Below, in pieces: positions 50,503 through 61,690 of a stretch of 64,000 bases of DNA (position 1 is its first letter; each line of letters opens with the position of its first letter). The notes beneath the pieces are model-generated. The model saw only the letters and a list, made by a program, of their open reading frames with translations. It had not been told where the DNA came from and made no database searches. The translations under genes and the position numbers were made by a program. Source of the DNA: Ginglymostoma cirratum (Eukaryota). The stretch covers positions 6,765,545 to 6,829,544 of the forward strand of contig JAHRHZ010000040.1 of NCBI GenBank assembly GCA_024137785.1, written 5' to 3'.

Positions 50503-51729
50503 GAAGCATTCAAACCTCCGTGAAGGTGAGGCAATGTATGCCCCTCTTGGTAAAATTATCTAAAGCCTGAAAGAACCAATTTATTTTCCCTCACTAATTT
50601 CTGTAAGCTTCATAATTCTGACACTTCATAATTTATAAACCATTCATTCTGTGCCTTATGTGAGGTAGCAAAAGTACCTGAAGAGAAATTGAAGATCCAC
50701 ATGTCTTGGAAAGCAAAAAGGATTATCTCAGTGAATCTTGTGGACAGAGGCCATAACCCATAATACCCTCAACCCATAATACCATATTTTGTCCATTTGT
50801 ATATGAGTAGAGAAAGTTTTAAAATGGGGCTAGAGTTTTAATTAGCAGAGTAATATTTCAACAGTTCATAGTTGTTGACCTGTAGCTAGAACATGTTTAT
50901 TTGTGATAAATTGTCATTCTTGTTAAGTATAGAAATATAGTTCACGCTTGCTGTTACCCTGGGTATAAAAATATTAGTAAATTTGGAAACCTGGTGTACT
51001 TCAATCATTTCTTTAACATTTATGATAGCTGTGGGAATAGTGAGGCTTGATTTCCAGTGTACTCCCTGGAGAGGCATAACAGATGCTTAATATTATCTTC
51101 ACTAGTATAGTGGTGTATCAGCAAATAAAGACATAAATATTGTACTATATATGTAGATATATGTTTTAAAAGAGTACAATAAAAACATTAAAGGCGTCAG
51201 GAGGTATGGAGAGAGAATGAAAGTACAGCATTGAAATAAGGGATGGGCCATGATCATGTTAAATGGTGGGGGTGTCTTGATGTGCTGAATGGCTTATTTT
51301 CCATGTTTCTATGCTTGCCTGTACACTATTTATGAAAGACACTGAATGCATCACCTCTGCACAGATGGCATTTTGACTGCAATTACATTGGCATGAATTA
51401 CAAAGTTCTTTTTTTAATATCCCTGTTATTTATTTATTTATCTTTTGTAGTATTTTCAAAATAGTTACACTCACGCTGATATATAAACAAACAGGTGCAT
51501 GCTGCAATTAATAAGTCCAAGTACTAACCTCTAGGCAACATTGAATGAAATGAAATCTGTTTTTCCCTTTAAAACAATGTAAGTCTATATTTTGATGTAT
51601 TTGTCTTGGTCAATATCCATCTCTCACCCACCACCATTGACCATGTGAGAGATGAGTATTGAAATTTACATTGTATGGTCCTTGATGCTGATCCAAATAG
51701 ACACTGTAAACTCTCTCCCTTCATTTCAG

Positions 51730-51853
51730 CTATGAAAGAACCAAAAATGCCACAGGATGTGAAATTCATTTCCCAGAATTTCCAAAATGTACTTCACTGG
51801 AAAACAAAAAATGAAACAGAAAACTTCACTACATACTTTGTGCAACATCGATT
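51730..51853 (+). CDS. Locus B exon 2 (FNIII D1a)
   Basis: AMKEPKMPQDVKFISQNFQNVLHWKTKNETENFTTYFVQHRL; canonical splice sites, phase 1 to 2. Confidence 0.92.
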
Positions 51854-51981
51854 GTATGTATTTTAACAAGATTATCCAAATTTTGTAGCAAAAGAAATGA
51901 TTTCTGTTTCAATCATTTGTAAAATAGTTATAGCAGTATTAACGAAGAATGAAAAATAAATGCTAAATTCCTTTATTACAG

Positions 51982-52157
51982 ATATGGAAAACCCTGGTCA
52001 AACACAACAGATTGTTGGGGCATCAAGGAAACTTCCTGCGACCTCACACAAGAGACAAGTCCATTTTTTGAAAAATTTTTTGCAAGAGTGAGAGCTTATT
52101 CATTTAATGAAATCTCAAATTGGACAGAAAGTGAGGCATTTTGTCCAATGACAGATA
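51982..52157 (+). CDS. Locus B exon 3 (FNIII D1b)
   Basis: YGKPWSNTTDCWGIKETSCDLTQETSPFFEKFFARVRAYSFNEISNWTESEAFCPMTD; phase 2 to 1. Confidence 0.93.
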
Positions 52158-52879
52158 GTAAGCATGTTTCTCACTAACACTGAATACAATTTAACATTTT
52201 ATCTCAATGCTGTTTCTTGGTGCAATGGACTATTAAATATGACCAGAGAGTCTTAGTGTTCAGAATTCTTTGTTTTATTATTCAACTCAATACATGTGTT
52301 CCGTCCAAACTTCCTCTTCTGCCTTCTGTCACAACAGTATTCAGGTCAGTAGGGGGAGAGCTTTCTGTCAGGATTCACTTCACTGTCAGAAGGTATCTTC
52401 CATTTCCCAATGTTACTTTTGAGCATTATGTTATTAATAAATATTGATGATGTTGTGTACTTCACTAAGATTTAAAAAAACATTTTACCAAACTTGATTA
52501 AAAACAGGAGGATAATTTTCAACTCTATCTAGGCAGTAATGGACCATATTGATTACCATTGTTAACATGGTCTCTTGTGTTGCATAGCCGATTGCAGCTA
52601 ATGTCCATCAAACCCAATTGCCTTCAAGCTAAGCTCCAATGTACAATGTTGAACAGACTCCAAAACAGTGGGAAGAAATAGAATCTTTGGCTTATAATTT
52701 GGTGTCATATAACAGAGCGGGTGCCAGTTTATTAAAATCTACATCTGTACCGCGAGTGTATTTTCATCCTCAATAAAATCAAGTGTTAATTGGAAGTAAT
52801 ATTTAAATTGAAGTTTGTGGTACTAACACTGGCAGCACAAAGCTATGTTATGACAATGCCATCATTATTTTTGACACAG

Positions 52880-53052
52880 CTCTCATTGGCCCTCAAGAGA
52901 TAGAGGTGATTTCCTTTGAAACATCAATCCTTGTTAAGGTGATTGCTCCCTGCACAATGCTAAAAGAGCAGAATGGCAGCCTGAAGTCGGTGGAAGATAT
53001 ATATCACAAAGTGAAATATGATATAAAGGTGTCAGTCAAAGCATGGAGTCAG
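52880..53052 (+). CDS. Locus B exon 4 (FNIII D2a)
   Basis: TLIGPQEIEVISFETSILVKVIAPCTMLKEQNGSLKSVEDIYHKVKYDIKVSVKAWSQ; phase 1 to 0. Confidence 0.92.
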
Positions 53053-53141
53053 GTAAGCATCCTTGCCTTTTTTCATTTTTTATTCCATTTATTGAATCTA
53101 TAATGAGATGATTATTCATTAATTGTTCATCTAACCCCCAG

Positions 53142-53288
53142 ATACGTTTGGAAAATCTGAGAACTTATATTACTAACAACAAAACTTTTGAGATCCATCA
53201 CTTAAGTCCTGGAACAACCTACTGTATTTCTGTTCAAACAACGGTTCCATTATACAGTAAGATTGGTAAACCAAGTAAAGAAGTGTGA
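53142..53288 (+). CDS. Locus B exon 5 (FNIII D2b), ending at a premature TGA
   Basis: IRLENLRTYITNNKTFEIHHLSPGTTYCISVQTTVPLYSKIGKPSKEV*. A GTGAGT donor is still present at 53300. Confidence 0.9.
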   Translation: MRLENLRTYITNNKTFEIHHLSPGTTYCISVQTTVPLYSKIGKPSKEV

Positions 53289-53398
53289 GACACTGACCAG
53301 TGAGTCGTACAGTTTGTTTAACTCTTTCAATACAGGTATTTCAGTAATATCTAACATGCATTAACTGACTGTTAATTTAACTATGCTTTAATCCACAG

Positions 53399-54073
53399 GG
53401 CCAAAAACTAGAATAATGCACTCAGTGATAACCTGCTCAGCATGTGGGGCACTAATCCTGGTTATACTTTCGACTTATACTTTAAGTACTCTATGCCCCT
53501 AAAACACAATTACCCGCAATGTTGACAAACTGGAATAGAAAAGAACCAGAAATTGCTGTGTTTTTACCTCAAATTATTGAATCAACAAATATTGATAAAT
53601 GGGAACTTACAGAAAACTCAAAATATCCGAGACTTTCACTGTTACAAAATAGAACTGCAGCACATGCACAGCATTGTAAAAAATACATCAACATTGAATC
53701 TCCAGGTAGATTCAGAACCAGAGATTTTGATCAGAGCTTTATGCATCAGGATACCATTATATTTTATCAGTACCTTGAGCAGCCTCGATTTATTTGTTCT
53801 CAAAATGCACAGTTAGACCTAGAATCTGACACCTTGTTCTGCATAGACCAGCAAGAAGAGAACATCAGGTTGCAATGGATGTCAGCAGATTGCTGTCAAT
53901 ATCAATTCTGCTGCCAAAACAAAGAGGAATTCGAAGTTCTGGAAGCAGAATCTTTTCAAAAACCAACAGAGATCTCTGCACCTGGATATCCAGACTATAT
54001 CAATGAGGACTTTTGTGAAGATCCAATTTTGAAGACCTGGGGACTGATCATCCAACAAATAGATATAGTTTGA
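53399..54073 (+). pseudogene. Locus B fused TM + cytoplasmic exon (IL20RA-like tail), frameshifted as assembled
   Basis: CACAG acceptor, then PKTRIMHSVITCSACGALILVILSTYTLSTLCP* (TAA at 53500). The shifted frame reads PKTQLPAML into the 184-aa ORF containing YLEQ and ending WGLIIQQIDIV. Confidence 0.8.
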
Positions 54074-54108
54074 AATTTTTATAAATACAAAGTCTTAACA
54101 TGGCATTA

Positions 54109-54114
54109 AATAAA
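54109..54114 (+). terminator. Candidate polyadenylation signal of locus B (second AATAAA at 54232)
   Basis: AATAAA ~35 nt after the tail ORF stop, in AT-rich sequence. Confidence 0.4.
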
Positions 54115-55789
54115 AGACATTTTACCTGAACCAGAATATGCTCTGTAAATTTGTAGGCCTTAAAGTTGAAATATTTTAATTATTTCTATAATATTATAAG
54201 AAACTTCAAGGTCAAAAAGAATCTTTAACCTAATAAAGCTCTATTATCCTGCTGTAATATGTAACTGCATTTTCTATGGTCCTCAATCTTTGCACTCACT
54301 GCAATACTGATATTAACATTCTAAGTTAATGTATTTATCCTATTTATCTACCTCCATTTATATACCTTCATTATATTCTCCCCCAGTTGGTCTCTTTCAA
54401 AGTTATAAATCTTGAGCATTTCTAACTTTATTCTTTGGTAAACCATCTGCTTCACTGGCATTGACTTTATCAATATTTGTTCACTTAATTCAACATATTC
54501 TTTGCTGTCTCAAACCCTCATATCACAACTGAGTATCCAGCCAACTACATGAAATCTTTTACTACATCCTGAAATAAAAAAGTATTTTTCCATGTAGCAG
54601 CCTGCACAGGGCACTACGCGATATTGTGGAACCAAAAATGATCTTTCAAGAGGGGAAAAGAAAGAAAGACTTTTTTTTATCATAAATAAAAGCAAAATCC
54701 TGTGGATGCTGGAAATCTGAAATGAAAATAACGGTTAATATCCAACATGTCTGGCAGCATTTGTGAAGTGAGAAACAAAACTGATGTTTTGAGTTCAAGA
54801 TGCCTCTTCTTCAGAATTGCATTTAATTAGATCTTTTAACAGACATTGGATGTCCCAAAGTATTTTTGAAACATCATCACTGCTGTGATCAAAGAGACAT
54901 GGCAGTAAATTTGCACTCAGCATACTCCCACTAAGAACACTGTGATAATGATCCGATAATCAATTGTGCGTATGTCAGGGGGTCACTGAGCTCAGTTGAC
55001 TGGTTTGTGATGCAGTGTGATGCTAACAGCAAGGGTTCTTTTATCCCATACCAGCCGAAGTCACTGTGAAGATAGTACCTCATCCCTCACCTGGGCTATG
55101 GTGATTTGCAGGTTAAACCACTGTCAGTTATCTCTCAGTAGTGAGAGAGCAGGCCTATAGCAGCTTCATACTTTAATTGACATATAGGCATTAGCCAAGC
55201 CACCTGGCAACTCCTCAACCCTGATCTCCAATGTAGTGGTGTGAGCTTGTGTACATTGACCTGAGTGAGTGGCCAGGTTCTTGGTTTAAATTTTCATCCA
55301 AAATAAAAACAGCACTTCTGTCAGTGCAGGGCTCACTCAGTACTTCATATGCTGTACTTTATAGTCAAGTCCTGTAGTGGGACTTGGACCTAGAAGTAAG
55401 TGTGTTAACAATTATGTCATACACTGACAACCAATTCTCCCCAGCGGCAAAAATCGTCACAAATTTGAAGCCTATTACCAACACATCAGACCTAATGGGA
55501 TTCCTCTGCTTTCACTCGTATCAGGACTGCACTGGCTGTTCCTACCCCATCATTTGTTTTGAAAAGGCAAATTTCACTCCTTTCCACCCGTGGCAACATG
55601 CTGATAGCAACTTGTGAAATGCAAATGTGCAAACGCCTAATGTTGGATAGCAGGTCCTTCAACATCTAAAATGAGATGGGTTTAAAATTTCAAGTCTAGA
55701 GTTTATATTCAGTTCTTATATTGTAGCTAAAAGCATGTTTCTCTTCCCAATAAATGCCGAGTGATTTCTGACGTTTCCAGCATTTGCAT

Positions 55790-55999
55790 CAGAGATAAAA
55801 GGTACTGCAGATGCCGCCTCCTCTCCACCTATCCTCTCTTCTATCCATCCTCTATCCGCCTCCCCCTCTCTCCCTATTTATTTCAGAACCCTCTTCCCCT
55901 CCCCCATTTCTGATGAAGGGTTTAGGCCCGAAACGTCAAGTTTTCCTGCTCCTATGATGCTGCTTGACCTGCTGTGTTCATCCAGCCCCATGCTTGTTA
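55790..55999. mobile_element. Penelope derivative: ~25-nt tail stub plus an inverted pLTR with intact hammerhead (core at 55910)
   Basis: TSD TCCAGCATTTGCAT at 55776-55789 and 56000-56013. Confidence 0.88.
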
Positions 56000-56049
56000 T
56001 CCAGCATTTGCATGTTCCTTTTTCTTTTTATATGTAATGATATAAATAT

Positions 56050-56063
56050 CCAGCAGGGGGCAT
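56050..56063 (+). promoter_or_regulatory. Candidate CTCF site (forward)
   Basis: CCAGCAGGGGGCAT. Confidence 0.6.
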
Positions 56064-56354
56064 AAGGTCCTGGAGACACTCATTTGTTAAGTTACTCACT
56101 GGTATGGGAAGAAACATAATACTTCGCCTTAGTACCTAGTTCCTTGAATCTGTGAGAAATAGTTTGACTCCAAACTGGTGACTTCAACACTTCTGTCACA
56201 ATCTGTGCCAAACATTATTTGGTAAGGGTCTCGGCACATGTAATGAATCCTCCAAAAATATACCAAATAGATACATTGTGATATCTATCAATGTGTAACT
56301 CAGATTTGGGGATGGTGCTGGCGTTTTGGAACTCAACTCCCCAACTAAAACCGT

Positions 56355-56940
56355 CCCTAAGATTTATCTACCTTTATGCCTTTTATGACCTGCAGCACCT
56401 CCTCTTCTGTAATATAAACTCTTTTTGATGCATAACTATTTATTTCCTCAAGTTCTCTAGCTTCCACAGTAAATACTGTTGCCAAATATTTGTTTAGTAA
56501 CTCCCCGTCCGGTATGGTTCCATTCAGATGGCCACGTTGACCTTTAAGGGATCCCATTTTCTCCCTAGTTCCTCTTTTGCCTTTAATATACTTACAGAAT
56601 TTCTTTGGATTCCTCTTAACTCTATTTGCCAAAGCTATCTCGTGTCCCCTTTTTGCCATCTTGATTTCCCACTTGAGCATATTCCTACAGGCCTTATACT
56701 CCTTCGGGGATTCACTAAATCCAAGCTGCCTGTAGACATACGTCTCCTTCCTTTTCTTGACCAGAGCCTCAACTATTCTAGTTGTCCAGCATTCCCTACA
56801 CCGGTCAACCTTGCCCTTCACACTAACTCATTATCTCATTCTTAAAGGCTTCCCACTTCCCAACCATCCCTTTACCCGCAAATAGGTCACCCAATCAACT
56901 TTTGAAGGTTCCTGTCTAATACTGTCAAAATTGGCCTTTC
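56355..56940 (-). mobile_element. CR1 ORF2 middle fragment
   Basis: ORF 56357-56821 reads KRNPKKFCKYIKGKR...LNKYLATVFT...IKVDKS. Confidence 0.85.
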
Positions 56941-56991
56941 AAATAAAACCAAAAATGCTGGAGAAACTGAGCAGGTCTGACAGCTTAGTAA

Positions 56992-57216
56992 ACAAGGTGT
57001 AGAGCTGGATGAACACAGCAGGCCAAGCAGCATCAGAGGAGCAGGAAGTGTGACGTTTTGGGCCTAGACCCTTCTTCAGAAAAATTTTTTTCTGAAGAAG
57101 GGTCTAGGCCCGAAATGTCAGCCTTCCTGCTCCTTTGATGCTGCTTGGCCTGCTGTGTTCATCCAGCTCTACACCTTGTTATCTCAGATTCTCCAGCATC
57201 TGCAGTTCCTACTATC
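56992..57216. mobile_element. Fold-back palindromic Penelope pLTR derivative with hammerhead motifs
   Basis: Inverted arms around AAAAATTTTTTT, tail on the right arm. TSD TCTGACAGCTTAGTAA at 56976-56991 and 57217-57232. Confidence 0.92.
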
Positions 57217-57799
57217 TCTGACAGCTTAGTAACATTGGAAATGAGGGTCAGGTAATGCAAGCAAGTGACAGAGAGAGAAAAAAAAACACCTAGGAATACA
57301 CAAATGATCAAGATTAGATATCAAAAGCTAACAATATTAAAATCTCTGGACAGAATTTTAAAGAGATCTGATTGACATGGGCTATGACGACATGTGTAGG
57401 AGAACCAGGCAACAGGCTTTTTTAATTTGATCATGGGATATGAGCATCATTGGCTAGGCCAGCATTTATTGGCCATCCCTAATGCCCAGAGGGCAAGTGA
57501 GAGTCAACCACTGTGGGTCTGGAGGCACACAGAAGACAGACAAAGTAACAACAGAATTTTCCTTTCCTAAAGGGCATTAGTGGACCAGATTGGTTTGTCC
57601 CCCAATAAAGGTTTTGTGGTCATCATTAGCATATAAATTCCAGATTTTTTTTTGTTTGAATTCAAACTTCACCATCTGCCATGCTGCGATTTGAATCTGA
57701 GTCCCCACAACATTATCTGGGTCCCTGGCTTGATAGTCTAGTGACAATGCCATGAGGCCATCATCTCCCCATCTTGGCATCAGGTGCATTTCACTCCAT

Positions 57800-59850
57800 C
57801 TTTTGGATATCACCAGTGGCAAAATTCTCGTTCGGCATCAGTGAGATGTCAATTGATGGGGATTATTACTTGTTAACAGACCCCTTGTTAACATCACAAC
57901 TCATCTCAATAATATTCAGCCTCCCATTTTACCAAACTGGCCAAAAAAGCTTGACATGTGGATAATCTGATGTGAAAACCAAAGTGTGTACCTGACAGAT
58001 TCAGCTGACCGCTGGCTCCAAACAACATCCATGTTGGACACTGTGCAAAAGCATCTCAGGGCATCTACTGAGAGCCCTTGTCCTGCATGGCCAATGGCAT
58101 GTGGAACCAACCACCCATCATGACCAACCTGCCACTTCTACTGTTCACTTGTAGTGCTTTCTGGAAACACAGGCTTGCATTGCAGAGTGAACAAGCACAA
58201 GCATTGAACAGCTGCAACAGAGACACTTTGCACAAAGGGGCAGATAACCAGCTCACAAAGTGGACCAGGCTGCATCTTTGCTTACACTCTGTCTCAGCAT
58301 TTTCTCGCTTAGCTTCTACCTGCATTCTCACCTCATTCCTACCCTGCCTTGCCTTGCTGTCCCCTGCCTTGTCTTGCTGAGCAATTAATGCAGCCAAAAA
58401 AAAATCAGCCAGTCATCAGCCTAGGGGGCACATGTCTCGTTGAACAATAGTGTGCTACATCAACCTCACACCTGAACCTTGTGCCAGCACATACACTGCA
58501 AAAACACAACATTTGCAGCAAGCAGGCAGCCTGACTTCAACCTCAGGACAGTAATCCCTGCTGGGGTCAAGGACATCCTCCCATTCCTGTCTAGGGGATT
58601 GGCCATGGTCAGACATCCAGTTGGAGTTTCTCAGTCAGTGAGGCCTTGCTTCTGCAGTCCAAGGAGTGGGCCGTGCTCAGTCCTGAGGCTCCTTAAAGAT
58701 GGGCGTCTTAGGGTTAATGCCCATTTGTAGGCACCAATCAGGGGTTTGAGCAGTGTTTGTGAGGAGCTGTCAAGTTGGCCAAGGCAAGTAGGCCGCAGTT
58801 AGTCAGTCCAGTCTGCCGCAGGAACTACGGGAACAAGTGAACTGGAGCTGACCACAGGTTGGAAGTGCCGTGCAATCATTGAGCGTGACAGCAAGATTTA
58901 TGGGAATGTAATAAAGAGTGGTACTTAAGCAGTCAGTGGGGTGTGGATGTCTGGTCATCCCTGCAGGAGCAGTCCTCGTCTCCTCCTGCAACAGCTGGGA
59001 TTCTCTCCTTATCAGGCATAAGGACATAAATGTCAGGCACATCTCCATTCTGCCCTGTAATGGGCTGTCTTCTCCTGTAATAAGAAAACAAGGGGGTATG
59101 TGGTGGGGGGGGGCGGAATGAGTGAGTTGGCAGTGGGTGACACGGCTGTTAGTGCTGGGGCATATGGGGGAAAGGTGGCGAATTGTACTGAAGGACTGAG
59201 GAGGGAGCTCAGAGGGCATGTGTGTGGGAAGCTAAAGGGCAAGAGTGGGTGAAGGAAGGCAACAATGAAAGTGGTGGGGCAAGAGCCTTGGCGGGAGGTG
59301 TGTGTAGTGGCACTGATAGAGTGAGGGTGAGATGGCATGCCGAAGGGTATGGCACTTGCCCTGGCAGATTGGGGAACATCATTAACCTTTTTCCACACTG
59401 TTGGCTGATCCTGGAGATGGCACAGACCTGAGTGACAACCTCACAGCAGACTGGCACAGTCTGGTGGCAAGGCCTCCTTCAGGATCCTGATGGTGAAACA
59501 AAATGTCATCCTCCATTTCTCCAAAACCTGTGCATATGTCACTGATCAAGCAGGGCAACTTTGGGATGCCAGTTCTCATCTGGGCACAGTGTGTCGCACT
59601 TTAAAGATGGTGCAGGGGATGCAGTGCTTAGTGTATATCCGTTGAGTGGCGAGTTGTTGTGGGAATAGCATCTGGTTACATGTGGAGGCAGAAACGGATG
59701 TGAGACACACCACAGGGGTGTGGTAGGCAATTAATGAGGCAAGTTTGACGTAATTGGGTAGGGGAACTTGCTAGGCCTAACAGTGAGAAATCCACCAAAA
59801 ATTTCAACATAACTTGCATGTTTCAAAAAAATGCCATGATTCAGCTTTCT
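57800..59850 (-). mobile_element. Degenerate Harbinger element with a Myb/SANT-like gene remnant (about 59350-59600)
   Basis: Frameshifted fragments EDDILF, CEVVTQVCAISRISQQC and KKVNDVPQSAR resemble the Myb/SANT-like QCxKKxNDL domain. Confidence 0.6.
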
Positions 59851-61690
59851 GTATCTGAAGCTTTCATAACAAAGTAAACAAATTGAAAGCACAGTTTGAA
59901 GTACATAAATACAATCTGGTAGTAATTACAGAAACATGATTTCAGGATTACAAAGGCCGAGTCTTGAATATTAAGGGGTATATGACATTCAAATCAATAG
60001 AAAGCTGGGGCAAGGTGGAAGGGTAGCACTTTTAATCAAGGATGGCATTTGTACAATAGTGAGAGATGACCTTGGTTCAAGACATCAGGATGTAGAATTG
60101 GTTTAGGTGGAGACGAGAATTTGTAGGACTGCTTTCCCTTACTACTCCTCATCTCCTCCTAAATGTTTGAAAGGAAGAAGACTGGAGTTAAGACTCATAT
60201 TTTAAATGACATGAAGTCAACTATGTGGACAAGATAGCAGATCTAGCTGAAGTGAACTGATTTTCTTGTCTATGAGATTGATCAACAGAGACACAGTGGC
60301 AGACAGTTAAGGGGCTATTTCAGAATACTCAGAGTAACTATATTCCTACTCAAAAGAAAAATTCTAAAGGGAGGTCCCAACACCTGTGGCTAACTAAAGA
60401 AGTCAAAGAAAGAGTCAAACTTAAGGAAAAAGCAGAAAACCACACAAAAATGAGTGGCTGGTCAGAACATAAAGAATGGCCAGGAGTGACTAAAAAGTTA
60501 ATTACGAGGGAGAGTCTGAGAGGAAACTAGATAGAAAAATAAAAACAGCAAGAGCTTATAGAGGCATTTAAAAAGGAAAAGAGTAAGTGAAGTGAGCATT
60601 GGTCTTCATGTTTAAACAATTCATTGGAGCTCTTTGAAAGAGTAATATATGTTTTCGATAAAAGAAAACCTGTAGATATACAATACTTGGTTTTCAAGAA
60701 GAACTTAAGGTGCCACATCATAGGTTATTATGAAAAATAAAAGCATTGAAAGAAGATTGGCTGGATGGTAAAAACCAGACAGTATGCATTAATGGGTCTC
60801 TTTCTGATGAGTAGAGTCCTGCAGTAATATATGATAGTGTCTCAACATTTTCCAGCTTACAGACAGGCATAAATAGGTCGACTTAGTGGGGAAAAACTCT
60901 GGTAGAGTATAATACGGAGAATTGTGAAATTGTTCACTTTGACAGCAGGTATGAAAAAAATCAGAATATTATTTAAAGGGAGAATGCTTGCAGATTTCCA
61001 AGGCACAGGTGGATTTAAGTGTTTGGGTGCATGAGTCACAAGAGGTTAGATTGTATGTGCGGCATGTAATCAAGACAGCCAATAGGATGCAATGCTTTCT
61101 TTATACAGGAATTGAAAATAAACATGTTCAACTGAAACAATCTGTTTCAGTGATACTGTTTGAATCATTTAAAGAAGGGTGTAAATGAATCGGTGCCTGT
61201 TCAGATGAGGTTTACTGGATTGATACCTGGAATGAGCGAATTGTTTAACATGGATTGATTGGACAGGTTGGACTTGTTTCCATCGGAGTTTAGAAGAATG
61301 AGGGGTGACTTGATTGAGTTTATAACATCCTGAACAATGCTGACAAAGTGAACCTGGAAAGAATGTTTGGTCTAGGGTTTAGTCCAGAATTAAGGGGCAC
61401 TATTTTACAATAAAGGCTAGCCCTTTCAGGACAAAGAAATCTTTCCTCTTGGAGGATTGTGCAGCTTTGGAACTCTCTGCTTCAGTAGAAGGTGGAGGAG
61501 GAGCTTTTTTATATTTTTAATACAGAGGTGGATAATTTCTTTTTAGGTGCAGGAGTCAAGGGTTATTGGGGTAGATGGGAATGCGGAATTTGAAACAGGG
61601 ATCTACCATTATCTTATCGAATCGCACAGCAGATTTGGGGAGTGAATGATTTACTTCTGCTCCTATTTCGTACGCTTATATGTATCCGTG
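59850..61690 (+). mobile_element. Highly degenerate CR1 ORF2
   Basis: Decayed VITET, QGGRVAL, CEIVHF and RMRGDLIE motifs, plus tail. Confidence 0.75.

Noticed and set aside
49218-54073. Assigning a symbol (IL20RA, IL22RA2 or IL10RB) to locus B
   Set aside because: Signals are mixed: CWG..SCDLT is IL22RA2-like, FCP..DT.IGP is IL10RB-like, and WGL..Q is IL20RA-like. A phylogeny is needed.
7276-57216. Recurring palindromic repeats as a CRISPR array or IS elements
   Set aside because: They are dispersed, lack spacers, have individual TSDs and match the Penelope terminus, in a eukaryotic context.
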